Source: an uncultured bacterium
GTDB taxonomy: Bacteria > Patescibacteriota > Minisyncoccia > Phycocordibacterales > UBA918
NCBI GenBank assembly: GCA_950073265.1
Contig: CATMPJ010000004.1
Span: 1 to 47,313, forward strand
DNA length: 47,313 nucleotides
Direction: 5' to 3'
Below, one piece after another: positions 18,192-28,683 of this stretch (positions are counted from its first letter, which is position 1; each line of letters opens with the position of its first letter). Under the pieces are notes generated by a model. That model was not told where the DNA came from. It made no database searches and saw only the letters and a list, made by a program, of their open reading frames with translations. A program made the position numbers and the translations under genes.

Positions 18192-21188
18192 ATGTCAAAA
18201 AGTAGGGACACCAGCGCTTTTGAAGCTACATACAAAACCTTAAACGCAGAGCAAAAAAAAGCCGTCGACATCATTGAAGGACCGGTGATGGTAGTGGCTG
18301 GTCCCGGCACAGGGAAGACACAAATACTGACCCTGCGCATTGCAAATATTCTGCGAGAGACGCAAGCTAAGCCAGAAAATATCCTCGCGATTACCTTTAC
18401 TGACGCAGGAGTAAAAGCTATGCGTCAACGACTCAAATCACTGATTGGTGAAGCAGCTTTTGACGTGCGAATAAGCACTTTCCATGCTTTTGCAGACAAT
18501 CTTATTCGTCAGTATCCTGAGGCCTACGAGAAGATAATTGGTGGCAGAGCTGCTTCTGAAATTGAACGTATTCAGTTAATTGAAACTATTCTTACAGATA
18601 CGACATTCAAGGCTGTGCGCCCGAGTGGTGATCCAGCCTACTATGTACAACCGCTGCTGCGAGCAATACAGACACTTAAGCAAGAAAATATAACACCAGA
18701 CACATTTTCAGTTGCGGTTAGTAAACAAGCTAACGCGCTGTTAGATATTGAGCAATATCATGAAAAAGGAGCACATAAGGGCAAGGAGCGTGGAGAGTAT
18801 AAAGACGCAGTCAAGAAGTTAGAGCGTAATCAAGAGCTACTCACAGTGTATAAGCGCTATGAGCAGCTCATGCGAGAACAAAACTGGTACGATTTTGACG
18901 ATATGATACTTGAGACCGTTGTTGCGCTAGAAAAAAACGAGGACATGTTGCGAGACTTACAAGAACAATATCAGTATGTACTGGCTGACGAACATCAAGA
19001 TGTGAATGGCGCGCAAAACAGAATTTTAGAATTATTAGTACATTTCCATGACGCACCCAATATATTTGTAGTAGGCGATGAAAAACAAGCCATATACAGG
19101 TTTCAGGGTGCATCACTAGAGAATTTCTTATATTTCGAAACAGCTTTCCCCGAGGCGGTGACTATTTCATTGACTAAAAACTATCGTTCAGGACAGAGTA
19201 TTTTGGACTCTAGCCAATCAGTCATTGCTAGTGAAGATGAATCGCTGCGTCAACTGCGCATCCCACTCACTGCGGCTGCGGTGGATTCTGCAATCGTGGA
19301 AGTGTCGTCTTTACCACACGTGAGCATGGAACAGTCTTGGATAATATCAGAAATTGAAAAGCAGTTAGCTCAAGATATTCAAGCAAACGAAATCGCTATA
19401 ATAGTTCGCACCAACAAAGAAGTTGAGCAGTACACGACGGCGCTACGAAAAAAGGGAATTGCTGTTGCTCCGTCAGCTGACAGCGATATTCTTGAACACC
19501 CATTGCTGCATAGCGTGGAGACACTTATCAGTAGTGCGGTAAATCCACTTGACGATGCAGTTATTACCCAACTGCTACATGAGCCGTATTGGGATATCGA
19601 ACCTAAAGATATATCAAAAATATTTACCTCTGCAACGAGAAATACGAAAATAAGCGCAATTCTTCATGACCCGGCACAGCTTGATGTCGCTGACGTCAAT
19701 GTCGACTCGCCGGTGCGCAGTATTATTCCTCTTCTGCAGGGTATTAAGAAAAGAACGCTCACCACAGCGCCACATCGTTTGGTTGAAATGTTGCTGGTAG
19801 AAAGCGGGTTGGTGACGCATGTGCTTCAATCTGATCCACAAGAAGGTGTGCGGGTATTGCGACGTTTGTACGATGAAATAGAAGCTATGGTTGAACGTAA
19901 AGAGGTCTCCTCGTTACGCGATGTGCTTCGACAGATTCAACTGCACAAACAATACGGCGTTTCTCTCCCAGCTCCATATATTTCCTACGGTGAGGCTGCA
20001 GTGCAGGTTACCACAGCCCACAAAGCAAAAGGATTGGAGTACGAGATTGTGTACGTTCCGAATATGACTGATTCAAATTGGGGTGGTAAGCGCCAGCGGC
20101 AATTATTTGATTTACCAATACTACGATATAACACTAATCAGCTGCCTGAATTAGAAGAAGATGAACGTCGACTCTTTTATGTAGCAATGACACGCGCTAA
20201 GGGCAAACTGGTGCTTACAAGCGCCGAGACCAATAGTACTGGTAGAGAGCTCGTGCCGTCACGTTTTCTGGATTTGATCCCAATCGAATTAATTACAGAG
20301 ATAGATACAACCAATTTTGTGAAAGAGTTTAGCCCTCTTGATTCTCTTATGGGCGTTCTCCCGGTTCCAGCTGCCCATGAAATTATGCTTCAAGTCTTAA
20401 GCGAACGAGGATTGTCGCCAACCGCTTTAAACAACTATCTAAAAAGTCCGTGGGAATATTTTTTCAAAAACGTACTTCGTGTGCCACAAGCAAAGACCAC
20501 TGAGCTCCAATTTGGGACTGCCGTGCACGAAGTTCTTGAGTTGCTGGTGCGCCATCATTCAGCGGATTCCGTAGATGCTTGGTTGTCACTTGTCCCAGCA
20601 TTATTTACAAACGTGCTGAATAAAATGGCCTTAACCGATGAAGAGTATACACGATTACATGAACGTGGTTGTGCAGCGCTGGCTACGTACATTCCACATC
20701 TTAAAAATAATGCGAGTAGTGAAGCTAAAACTGAGTACCAGGTTGAAGCGTTTTTAGAAACAGGCTTAGATACTCTTCCTGAGATACGAATCACAGGAAA
20801 TCTAGATAGAATTGATAATAAAAATGGTGTTATTACACAGGTGGTGGATTATAAAACAGGTAAGCCAAAAACTCGCGCGACCATTGAAGGAAAGACTCAG
20901 GCCAGTAATGGGGAATATAAACGGCAGCTTGTATTTTATGCGTTGTTACTTTCGCTACAGAAAAATGAAGACAAGCATTGCCAAACAGGGGTTATTTCAT
21001 TCGTTGAACCTGATACACATGGGGTGATAAAAGAAGAGGTGTTTGAAATTATAGAAGAAGAGATAATTACGTTGCGAAACGACATTGTTCGGGTTGTACA
21101 AGAAATCGTTGAAAATCGTGCATTATTGGGAGGTTGCGATGAAACGGTTTGTAATTATTGTCACCTCGTTCCAGCGTGGACACAGTAA
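18192..21188 (+). CDS. UvrD/PcrA-type SF1 helicase fused to a C-terminal PD-(D/E)XK (RecB-family) nuclease
   Basis: AGPGTGKT, DEHQD, VGDEKQAIYRFQGA, NYRS, HKAKGLE, ERRLFYVAMTRA; nuclease motif GNLDRID..VVDYKTG. Confidence 0.92.
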   Translation: MSKSRDTSAFEATYKTLNAEQKKAVDIIEGPVMVVAGPGTGKTQILTLRIANILRETQAKPENILAITFTDAGVKAMRQRLKSLIGEAAFDVRISTFHAFADNLIRQYPEAYEKIIGGRAASEIERIQLIETILTDTTFKAVRPSGDPAYYVQPLLRAIQTLKQENITPDTFSVAVSKQANALLDIEQYHEKGAHKGKERGEYKDAVKKLERNQELLTVYKRYEQLMREQNWYDFDDMILETVVALEKNEDMLRDLQEQYQYVLADEHQDVNGAQNRILELLVHFHDAPNIFVVGDEKQAIYRFQGASLENFLYFETAFPEAVTISLTKNYRSGQSILDSSQSVIASEDESLRQLRIPLTAAAVDSAIVEVSSLPHVSMEQSWIISEIEKQLAQDIQANEIAIIVRTNKEVEQYTTALRKKGIAVAPSADSDILEHPLLHSVETLISSAVNPLDDAVITQLLHEPYWDIEPKDISKIFTSATRNTKISAILHDPAQLDVADVNVDSPVRSIIPLLQGIKKRTLTTAPHRLVEMLLVESGLVTHVLQSDPQEGVRVLRRLYDEIEAMVERKEVSSLRDVLRQIQLHKQYGVSLPAPYISYGEAAVQVTTAHKAKGLEYEIVYVPNMTDSNWGGKRQRQLFDLPILRYNTNQLPELEEDERRLFYVAMTRAKGKLVLTSAETNSTGRELVPSRFLDLIPIELITEIDTTNFVKEFSPLDSLMGVLPVPAAHEIMLQVLSERGLSPTALNNYLKSPWEYFFKNVLRVPQAKTTELQFGTAVHEVLELLVRHHSADSVDAWLSLVPALFTNVLNKMALTDEEYTRLHERGCAALATYIPHLKNNASSEAKTEYQVEAFLETGLDTLPEIRITGNLDRIDNKNGVITQVVDYKTGKPKTRATIEGKTQASNGEYKRQLVFYALLLSLQKNEDKHCQTGVISFVEPDTHGVIKEEVFEIIEEEIITLRNDIVRVVQEIVENRALLGGCDETVCNYCHLVPAWTQ

Positions 21189-21215
21189 AAAAACTCGGCA
21201 TGTGCCGAGTTTTTT
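21188..21215. terminator. Bidirectional terminator
   Basis: AAAAAACTCGGC-atgt-GCCGAGTTTTTT between convergent genes. Confidence 0.85.
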
Positions 21216-21217
21216 GT

Positions 21218-21967
21218 TTACTGTGCAGGAGTGGTTTGCACGGTACCTTCAAGCTGTCCAATAAGGTTTTCTACAATACCTTTAACAATGTCATATGGTT
21301 GTGCACCGTTAATTACTGCTTGTTGGTCACCTACAATCAGTACGCTATAAGGTGTGCCGTTTGCTCCGATATTAAATGCATCTTGTACACTTGCTGAGAC
21401 GCGTTCTTCCATCTCTGTGCCGTTCATACAAGCGGCGTAAGCGTCTACATCTACACCTACTGTCTCTACGTAGTCAGGGATCTTGGTAACATTCGTGGCT
21501 TCATCCAGTTCCCGTTCTTCAAATATCAGATCAGTGAAGTCCCAAAAAGCATCGTTACCACCAAGAGATCCGACACACAATGCCGCTTCTGAAATCTTTG
21601 GGGAATTAGGGTGTAGCTGTCCGAGTGGAAAATGTCGATAGACCCAAGCGACCTTGCCCGTAACTCCATACTCATCCATGATTCTTTTGAGGGTATTGTG
21701 GTACTCCTTACAGAATGGACAGTCATAATCAGAGTACTCTATCAATAGAATCGGTGCATTTGGGTTGCCACGAATATAGTCCATATCGGTGACTGGTTTT
21801 GGCGTGCTTGAGAGGATGCCTTCATTTTGCTCAGGAGTATTAGCCTTTTGAGCTGCCGGCTCTTCGTTTTGGGTGGTAAAAAATATCGCAATGGCAATCA
21901 AAGCAAAACCGAAGACAATAGCTACCGGTATTGCAATAGATGAACGTGGTGTTTGTGATGGCTCCAT
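21218..21967 (-). CDS. Membrane-anchored DsbA/BdbD-family thiol-disulfide oxidoreductase
   Basis: N-terminal TM helix, EYSDYDCPFC, YRHFPL, GTP cis-Pro loop, GAQP. Confidence 0.9.
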   Translation of the reverse strand: MEPSQTPRSSIAIPVAIVFGFALIAIAIFFTTQNEEPAAQKANTPEQNEGILSSTPKPVTDMDYIRGNPNAPILLIEYSDYDCPFCKEYHNTLKRIMDEYGVTGKVAWVYRHFPLGQLHPNSPKISEAALCVGSLGGNDAFWDFTDLIFEERELDEATNVTKIPDYVETVGVDVDAYAACMNGTEMEERVSASVQDAFNIGANGTPYSVLIVGDQQAVINGAQPYDIVKGIVENLIGQLEGTVQTTPAQ

Positions 21968-22031
21968 AGAGAAACAATTACTAAGAAATTATGAAAAAAT
22001 TATATCATATAGGTGGTATACTTTTTAAAAT

Positions 22032-22841
22032 ATGGAAATAAGTGACGGTATTATTTTGGGGTTAATTCAGGGTATAACAGAATTTTTGCCGATTTCTTCT
22101 ACCGGGCACTTGGTTTTGGTGCGAGAGCTGATGGACATTAGTTCACTCAATATGTTGGCTGTCGACGCCGTTTTACACTTAGCCACTACAGCTGCAATCA
22201 TCATCTACTTCTGGACTGACTTATGGGTTTTGCTACAGGCGTTATTACGTAAACTTGGTCGACTGCCGGTAAACGAAAAAGATTTATTGCTGGTCTATGC
22301 GCTTTTGGTTGGTACAGTACCAGCTGTTGCTTTTGGTTTATTACTTGAATCTCACATGGAGCGGTTTCAGACACCACTTATTGTGGGTACCTTTTTAGGA
22401 ATTGCAGCCCTCTTTTTCTTATTTGTTGAATGGAGGTATTTAAAACGGCCTGAACACGGTAGTGTTACGCTCAAAAGAGCGTGGCAAGTTGGTTTGTTTC
22501 AAGCGCTGGCTTTGATTCCTGGACTATCACGTTCAGGCACTACCATTGCTGGTGGTATGTTGCTTGGCATGTCACGTTATGAAGCGTCCAGATTTTCTTT
22601 CCTGTTAGCAATCCCGATCACCCTCGCGGTTGGTAGTAAGAAAACAATTGAATTACTTTCAACTGACAATGCAGTAGAGTGGATTCCCTTGATGGTAGCG
22701 GCTGGTGTATCATTTTTCTCAGCGCTGATTGTCATCCATTATTTCCTTAAGTTTATTCGTAAATACACCCTATGGCCGTTTGTCTGGTACAGCCTGCTAC
22801 TAGCCAGCTTCATTTGGTACGTTTCATTTTTTGCTGTCTAG
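22032..22841 (+). CDS. uppP: Undecaprenyl-diphosphate phosphatase (BacA)
   Basis: QGITEFLPISSTGHL and PGLSRSGTTI motifs. Confidence 0.95.
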   Translation: MEISDGIILGLIQGITEFLPISSTGHLVLVRELMDISSLNMLAVDAVLHLATTAAIIIYFWTDLWVLLQALLRKLGRLPVNEKDLLLVYALLVGTVPAVAFGLLLESHMERFQTPLIVGTFLGIAALFFLFVEWRYLKRPEHGSVTLKRAWQVGLFQALALIPGLSRSGTTIAGGMLLGMSRYEASRFSFLLAIPITLAVGSKKTIELLSTDNAVEWIPLMVAAGVSFFSALIVIHYFLKFIRKYTLWPFVWYSLLLASFIWYVSFFAV

Positions 22842-23413
22842 AAAAGCAACGAGTGTGTCATAGCGCTTTCCTCCTTCTCTTCCCAGTGAGCGATATTTAG
22901 CTTAAGTTCACGCTTGCGGTGCCCGTCTTTGAAGAGAATATGACCATTCTTCCGTGCGTAATCAAATACTTTTTTTGTCACTCGCACGTCCTGTTCACAG
23001 TATTTCATTACTTCTTTGACTTTACCTTCGCGCCACCAGCGGACGGCCTGCAGGCCGTCCGCTGATTTTTTGGCACCGACCGTTGCCTGTGCAACAGAGT
23101 CGAGTCGCAGACGCCGGCCCAACGCTTCTTTAATGTCTTCAAGAATATCAATACTTTTGATCTGAGTTAGATCGCCAGGATAGTATTTATTCAAAAGGGG
23201 GATATCAAAATGGTTTGAGTTATAGCCGACTAACGCGTCAGCTTTTTCAATGATTGGCCAAAGTGTGTCGATGTCATCGATAGTGACCGTGGTGTATTTG
23301 TCAGTTTCGCTGTCATACACCGTAGCCACAGATATATCGAGGGCGGCTGGGTCAGACGAGTTTATCTCCTGGAAAATGTTTTGAGTTTCAAGGTCAAAAA
23401 CGATATAGCGCAT
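22838..23413 (-). CDS. DEDD-type 3'-5' exonuclease (RNase_H_2/YprB-like)
   Basis: VFDLET, GYNSNHFDIP, YCEQDV. Start set at MRYIVFD. Confidence 0.85.
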   Translation of the reverse strand: MRYIVFDLETQNIFQEINSSDPAALDISVATVYDSETDKYTTVTIDDIDTLWPIIEKADALVGYNSNHFDIPLLNKYYPGDLTQIKSIDILEDIKEALGRRLRLDSVAQATVGAKKSADGLQAVRWWREGKVKEVMKYCEQDVRVTKKVFDYARKNGHILFKDGHRKRELKLNIAHWEEKEESAMTHSLLF

Positions 23414-23435
23414 AGCGGGCATTGTAGCACAGTTG

Positions 23436-24617
23436 CTATTCAAATCTTTGGATTGAGTGTCCGTCAGTTTCGTCTATTACTATATAACCCGAAGCACCTT
23501 TTTTTCTTGCTGCTTCAATCTTTTTAGGCACTTGTCTGTCATTGTAATCAATTGAAACAACGGTACCAGCATTTTCTTGCCTGATTAAGGCTGCGATCAT
23601 TTGGGCTTTATTATCTTGATCAGGCTTGGTCGGAATCATGACTATATGCTCACTTTTAGTCTTTTTCATAGGTAAATTGTGTGTTTCGAGGAAGTCTCGC
23701 ATGGTTACATCGCCCATTCCAAAGCCGATACCCGATACCGGATCAGCACTAAAGAGACCGGTGAGATTATCGTAACGACCGCCACCAAGTAGAGAGCGGT
23801 TGTTTTCGCCGGAGACATCAAATATCTCAAAAATTACGCCGGTGTAGTAATCAAAGCCGCGTACAGTTGAGAGTGAGACTTTGGTGTTATTGATTCCAAG
23901 CTGCATTAGCCCAGCTAATACTTGGCCAAGGCGTGAGTCTGGTGCCGGATCAGATAATCCTAGATCAAATGGTTTGCCAGCAATTTTTTCAGCTTCCTCA
24001 TCGAAATTATCAATCTTTGCTTTACGATCAAGGAGATACAGCATGGCGTTGCTCTGTTCGTGGGTGAATCCTTCTTGCTCAAATCTCTCGTTCATCCACG
24101 CTCGGTCATTGATTCGGATTTCGAACATTTCTGGCTTCGCGCCAAAATCTAAAAGAAGTTGGTGGGCGAGCGCAATTATCTCTACATCTGCCGCCACGGT
24201 GTCGCTACCGAACATGTCGCAATTGAGCTGCCAGTGTTCACGTAAGCGTCCTTTTTGCGGTCGTTCGTAACGAAATAAATTTGGAATGGAGTACCAGCGG
24301 ACAGGGAAGGCAAGCTCCTTTTGTTTTTTAGCAATCATCCGCGCTACTGTTGGGGTCATCTCAGGACGGAGTGTTACTTCACGATCGCCACGGTCGGTAA
24401 ATGTGTACGTTTGGTCATTTACGATTTCTTCATTAACTGCTCCTTTGCTTTTGTACAAAGACGCCGGCTCAAGTACCGACGCGTCATAGCGCTCGTAGCC
24501 AAAACTTTCTGTGGTTTTACTCCAGGTGTCAAAAATATACTGTTGTATGGCCATGTCTTCGGGATAAAAATCACGAACACCTTTGTAGGGGTCAGTACTT
24601 AAGAAATCGTTACTCAT
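23436..24617 (-). CDS. hisS: Histidine--tRNA ligase
   Basis: KGVRDFYP, LRPEMTP, FRYERPQKGRLREH, RGFDYYTG, GGGRYD. Start set at MSNDF. Confidence 0.96.
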   Translation of the reverse strand: MSNDFLSTDPYKGVRDFYPEDMAIQQYIFDTWSKTTESFGYERYDASVLEPASLYKSKGAVNEEIVNDQTYTFTDRGDREVTLRPEMTPTVARMIAKKQKELAFPVRWYSIPNLFRYERPQKGRLREHWQLNCDMFGSDTVAADVEIIALAHQLLLDFGAKPEMFEIRINDRAWMNERFEQEGFTHEQSNAMLYLLDRKAKIDNFDEEAEKIAGKPFDLGLSDPAPDSRLGQVLAGLMQLGINNTKVSLSTVRGFDYYTGVIFEIFDVSGENNRSLLGGGRYDNLTGLFSADPVSGIGFGMGDVTMRDFLETHNLPMKKTKSEHIVMIPTKPDQDNKAQMIAALIRQENAGTVVSIDYNDRQVPKKIEAARKKGASGYIVIDETDGHSIQRFE

Positions 24618-24680
24618 AGAGTGATTGTAGGGTAAGTCGCCAGGCAAATCAAATGACTATTTAATTTGGGTGACAACTAA

Positions 24681-25247
24681 TTATTCACGGGTAAAGGGAT
24701 CGATATGGAGTTTCGAAAGGCGCTTATCCATCGCGCTTTGAATCGTTGCTTGCAAACCACGTGGGTCTGGCATGCTAGTAGCTCTAAAATTATGATCGTG
24801 ATGGCCGGCTGTTTGGGCACTAATGGTGCCAAAGTTTAAAAAGGTGGGTAAGAGACCATTGATGTGGTACTGAATGTCTTGGAGTCGTTCCAGTCGAAAG
24901 ATAGATACAGTCCGATTAAAAAAGTGAATTTGGTCAACTGAGATAATTCGTCGGTCCGTTATCAGCCACAAGTCTAAATAATAGTGTGTCCATATAGTGA
25001 ACCCGCTCATGAGCGCAAGCAACAACCATGCAGCGACACCAAATGAAATTAGGCGACCGTTGAGAGCAATCTCTACCGTGCTGTTAGTAATGATGTCCAA
25101 CATAGACACGAGGCCAGCAGATAGCAGTAAGGGAATAATTGCGGCGATGGCTACAACAAGTAATTCTGCAACAATCACAAACCAATGCTTTCTAGCAGTT
25201 GCCAGCACCTCCTCTCCTGGTTCAAGTTGAATTTTGTCTAGCAACAT
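24681..25247 (-). CDS. Membrane protein with a bacterial PH (bPH_2-like) domain
   Basis: GEEVL..RKHW, two TM helices, ITDRRI..LERLQDI..FLNFGTI. Confidence 0.8.
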   Translation of the reverse strand: MLLDKIQLEPGEEVLATARKHWFVIVAELLVVAIAAIIPLLLSAGLVSMLDIITNSTVEIALNGRLISFGVAAWLLLALMSGFTIWTHYYLDLWLITDRRIISVDQIHFFNRTVSIFRLERLQDIQYHINGLLPTFLNFGTISAQTAGHHDHNFRATSMPDPRGLQATIQSAMDKRLSKLHIDPFTRE

Positions 25248-25250
25248 ACT

Positions 25251-25475
25251 CTATATAGCTACTGCAGCAGCGAGTACTAGTATTAATGGTATGGTCAAAA
25301 TAAAATACACCACGAATGTCATAAGGTTTATACGGGCATCATTTGAGTAGGTTCGCCAATGGTAAAACAAAACCATAGTAAAAATCACATAGATTCCCAC
25401 CATCATGTAGAACAGCAATAGCAGGCTACCTTGCCCGGTAAAAATGTCTGCGAATGGTGTTGGCACTGGCAGCAT
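25251..25475 (-). CDS. Small two-TM hypothetical protein
   Basis: Packed between co-oriented genes with 3-4 nt gaps; two hydrophobic helices. Confidence 0.75.
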   Translation of the reverse strand: MLPVPTPFADIFTGQGSLLLLFYMMVGIYVIFTMVLFYHWRTYSNDARINLMTFVVYFILTIPLILVLAAAVAI

Positions 25476-25479
25476 ACAA

Positions 25480-26250
25480 TTATTCTAACACCAACACAGA
25501 ATATCGTTGGACGCCAAATTGATCTTTGTGGGTAGTGGTTTTAAAACCATGAGAAGCCGCTATGGCAGCGATGGCTTTGCTTTGTTCTGGCTCATGTTCA
25601 AGCCACAATTGTCCATCAGGGACGATGTGATATTTGGCTTCAGTGATGAGTTGTAAGATTATTTCCATGCCACCATGTCCACCAAACAATGCTAAGTGTG
25701 GTTCAAATCCACGAACGTTCTGATCCACACGATTGAGAGCGTCATCAATATATGGTGGATTGGCCAATATAAAGTGGTACTTGTCGTCTTTGTATGCACT
25801 AAAGAGATTGCTCTGCAACACTCTTGCGCGTGTTTTCTCGATATCGTTTTGCTCCACATTTTTATCAATTGTGGTGAGGTGCTGTTTATCAAGTTCAGCA
25901 AAATCGACCATGGTATTGGTGGTCTCTTTCAAAACCCCAACTCCCACACAGCCAGATCCGGCGCACATGTCAATGATTTTAAGTGGCTCAACTTCAGCGA
26001 GACCGAGTCCAGTTTTATGCGACTGGTACTGGCGTATTTCCGCTATTGCTTTTTCAGTCCAGTATTCGGTTTCGGTGCGTGGTATAAGCGGAAAACTGTC
26101 CAAATATATGGTTGTGTTTAGAAACGGAACATGACCGATTATATATCCAAGCGGTTCACCTAACGCCAATCTGCGGCAGTCGGCAAAGAAATCCATAGTT
26201 TTTTCTCCGCCATATTTCTCCTTGAGTAACCACTGCATTTCTTTTTCCAT
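25480..26250 (-). CDS. prmC: Release factor glutamine methyltransferase (HemK)
   Basis: GEPLGYIIG, LIPRTETE, DMCAGSG, ANPPY, EPHLALFGG. Confidence 0.92.
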   Translation of the reverse strand: MEKEMQWLLKEKYGGEKTMDFFADCRRLALGEPLGYIIGHVPFLNTTIYLDSFPLIPRTETEYWTEKAIAEIRQYQSHKTGLGLAEVEPLKIIDMCAGSGCVGVGVLKETTNTMVDFAELDKQHLTTIDKNVEQNDIEKTRARVLQSNLFSAYKDDKYHFILANPPYIDDALNRVDQNVRGFEPHLALFGGHGGMEIILQLITEAKYHIVPDGQLWLEHEPEQSKAIAAIAASHGFKTTTHKDQFGVQRYSVLVLE

Positions 26251-26303
26251 ATCCCTACAATGCTATCTATCGATTAAATAGTCAATCTGCTATACTGCAC
26301 GGC

Positions 26304-27077
26304 ATGGAAGCTATTACAGAACGAATCACTAGGAGATTGAAGGATCAGATTGTGGTGACAATAAACGTCTTACTGGTTACTTTTCTCTTTGCATACTTCG
26401 TAGAACTACCATTCTCAGTCAATACAGCATACCTAACGGTAGCAACATTCTTGTTTGCAATCTTTGCCAGTTTTTTCACTTCTCGGCAAAGCTCGCGACA
26501 CGATTCATTGCGCGAAAGTATTACCCAGTTTGATGGCAATCTCTCATCGATTTATCGAGGAAGTGGTAATTTAAGTCCTGCATTACAAAAAGAGATTGGT
26601 GAGATTATAACTACTCACTACGAGAATTTGCTTCGCTCACGAGATTGGACGTATCACATCGTGCATCCATCAGAAACAATTACCAAGATTCATCAGACGC
26701 TACGCAAACACGTGGGTGAAGAAATGGCGATGCCGGAGTTTAAGCGAACGAGTTTGATGCAAATGCAATGGTCTTTACGGGATTTGCAGCGGGTACGCAA
26801 AGATAAAATCTCATTAATGCGAGAGCAAGTACCTGCATTGCAGTGGATGTTACTAGTTCTTCTCGCTGTTATCCTCGTGGTTACGATTATGAGTATCCAA
26901 TCGCATACCGCAGTGGTTGCTTCGTTTCTAAAAGCATCCTTTGTGGTAGCGGTAGTCCTGGTGCTGGCTTTGATTCAAGATCTTAACCGACTAACGCTAT
27001 TTGAACGACTTATTGGAGAAGAATCTGCTCGTGATCTTTTAAAAACAATCAAACTAGAACAGTCTTTAAAAAAATAA
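26304..27077 (+). CDS. Membrane protein with 2+2 TM helices and a central helical domain (possibly DUF4239/bestrophin-like)
   Basis: Topology only; the family assignment is tentative. Confidence 0.6.
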   Translation: MEAITERITRRLKDQIVVTINVLLVTFLFAYFVELPFSVNTAYLTVATFLFAIFASFFTSRQSSRHDSLRESITQFDGNLSSIYRGSGNLSPALQKEIGEIITTHYENLLRSRDWTYHIVHPSETITKIHQTLRKHVGEEMAMPEFKRTSLMQMQWSLRDLQRVRKDKISLMREQVPALQWMLLVLLAVILVVTIMSIQSHTAVVASFLKASFVVAVVLVLALIQDLNRLTLFERLIGEESARDLLKTIKLEQSLKK

Positions 27078-27091
27078 TTTTTACCATCCCT

Positions 27092-27841
27092 ATGAGTTCA
27101 CCAATGTTAGAAATCAAAAATCTAAAAAAAGTGTATGGCACCGGCAAGGATGCTAAGGTTGCTGTCGATGACCTCTCGCTTACCGTTGAGCGGGGCGCCT
27201 TTTTTGGGTTGCTTGGTCCGAATGGTGCAGGTAAGAGCACTACCATTCATTGTATTACTGGAATTGCACAACCAACCGAAGGCCAAATATTCATTGATGG
27301 TGTTGATGTTGTTAAAGATTATAAAACCGCGCGCCGTAAAGTGGGGCTCTCGCCGCAAGAGTTCAACATAGATTTTTTTGCGAAGGTCGACGACTTGCTT
27401 GACTACATGGGTGGGTACTACGGAATACCGCGAGCCGAACGAAAGACCAGAATCGATGAATTAATCAGTCGATTTAGTCTAGAAGAACATCGTGATAAGA
27501 AGTTTCAGAAATTATCTGGTGGATTAAAGCGACGGGCCATCCTCGCGCGCGCCTTAGTGCACACACCAGATTTACTCATTCTTGATGAGCCAACTGCGGG
27601 TGTTGACGTGGAACAGCGTCATGAGCTTTGGGATTATCTTCGTGAACTTAATAGTCGAGGTAAAACAATTATTCTGACGTCTCACTACCTCGAAGAGATT
27701 CAGGAGTTGTGTAACGAAATTGCGATTATTAATCACGGTAAGATCATCAAAGAAGGAACCAAAGCGGAGTTTATGCGAGACGGCAAATCTGTAGAACAAA
27801 CGTACCTTGAAATTACCCGTAATGACGATAAGAAAGCTTAG
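27092..27841 (+). CDS. ABC transporter ATP-binding protein (YadG-like)
   Basis: GPNGAGKS, LSGG, LILDEPTAGVD, TSH. Confidence 0.93.
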   Translation: MSSPMLEIKNLKKVYGTGKDAKVAVDDLSLTVERGAFFGLLGPNGAGKSTTIHCITGIAQPTEGQIFIDGVDVVKDYKTARRKVGLSPQEFNIDFFAKVDDLLDYMGGYYGIPRAERKTRIDELISRFSLEEHRDKKFQKLSGGLKRRAILARALVHTPDLLILDEPTAGVDVEQRHELWDYLRELNSRGKTIILTSHYLEEIQELCNEIAIINHGKIIKEGTKAEFMRDGKSVEQTYLEITRNDDKKA

Positions 27842-27842
27842 T

Positions 27843-28604
27843 ATGAATGCAATTGGACTTTTTACAATGTTGCGCCGTGAGGCAAAACGAACATTGCGAG
27901 TGGTGGTACAAACACTTATAGCGCCGACTGTTTCGGCGGCCTTGTATTTGTTTATTTTCGGTACAGTGATTGGCACAAAAATTGAAGACTTCGCTGGTGT
28001 GCCTTACATATCGTTCGTATTTCCTGGGGTTTTAATGTTGTCCATTATTAACGCGTCGTTTGCGAGCGCTTCATCAAACCTATACTTCATGCGCTTTACG
28101 CGCGGGATCGAAGAGATTTTAATTGCACCGTTTTCCTATCTTGAAATGTTGGTTGGATTCGTGGGGAGTGCAGTTGTTCGGGCTCTTATGGTGTCTGTAC
28201 TCATCCTCTTAACTGGCTTGGCGTTTGGGGCAGTCAGTCTGGTTAATCCGGTTGCGTTCTTTTTGTACGTTGCTGCTGTCGCCGCTATTTTTGCGATGCT
28301 TGGTATCATTGTGGCTTTGTGGGCAGAAGGGTTCGAGCAACTACAAGTCTTAAATACGTTTGTAATAACTCCATTGACGTATCTCGGCGGAATATTTTAT
28401 TCAATCACGTTCTTGCCGCCATTAGCGGCAGAGATCACCCGTGCCAATCCATTTTTCTATTTTGCTGACGGTATTCGAAGTAGCATGATTGGGTATAGCG
28501 AAGCTAATACTGCAATCGGACTTATTGTTATTGTCGGTTTGTTAGTGGGGCTCGCTATCTTAGTGACCACACTTTTTAGAAAGGGATGGAAAATACGCGC
28601 GTAG
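27843..28604 (+). CDS. ABC-2 type permease (YadH-like)
   Basis: QTLIAP, YISFVFPG, TPLTYLGGIFYS, NPFFY; 6 TM helices. Start set at MNAIG. Confidence 0.9.
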   Translation: MNAIGLFTMLRREAKRTLRVVVQTLIAPTVSAALYLFIFGTVIGTKIEDFAGVPYISFVFPGVLMLSIINASFASASSNLYFMRFTRGIEEILIAPFSYLEMLVGFVGSAVVRALMVSVLILLTGLAFGAVSLVNPVAFFLYVAAVAAIFAMLGIIVALWAEGFEQLQVLNTFVITPLTYLGGIFYSITFLPPLAAEITRANPFFYFADGIRSSMIGYSEANTAIGLIVIVGLLVGLAILVTTLFRKGWKIRA

Positions 28605-28620
28605 ACGATAGTTTACTAAC

Positions 28621-28649
28621 AAAGGCCGGCCGCTTTGCGGCCGGCCTTT
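28621..28649 (+). terminator. Terminator of the ABC operon
   Basis: AAAGGCCGGCCGC-ttt-GCGGCCGGCCTTT. Confidence 0.8.
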
Positions 28650-28683
28650 GTTACAATTAAGACAAATACTTAATAAGTCCTTT

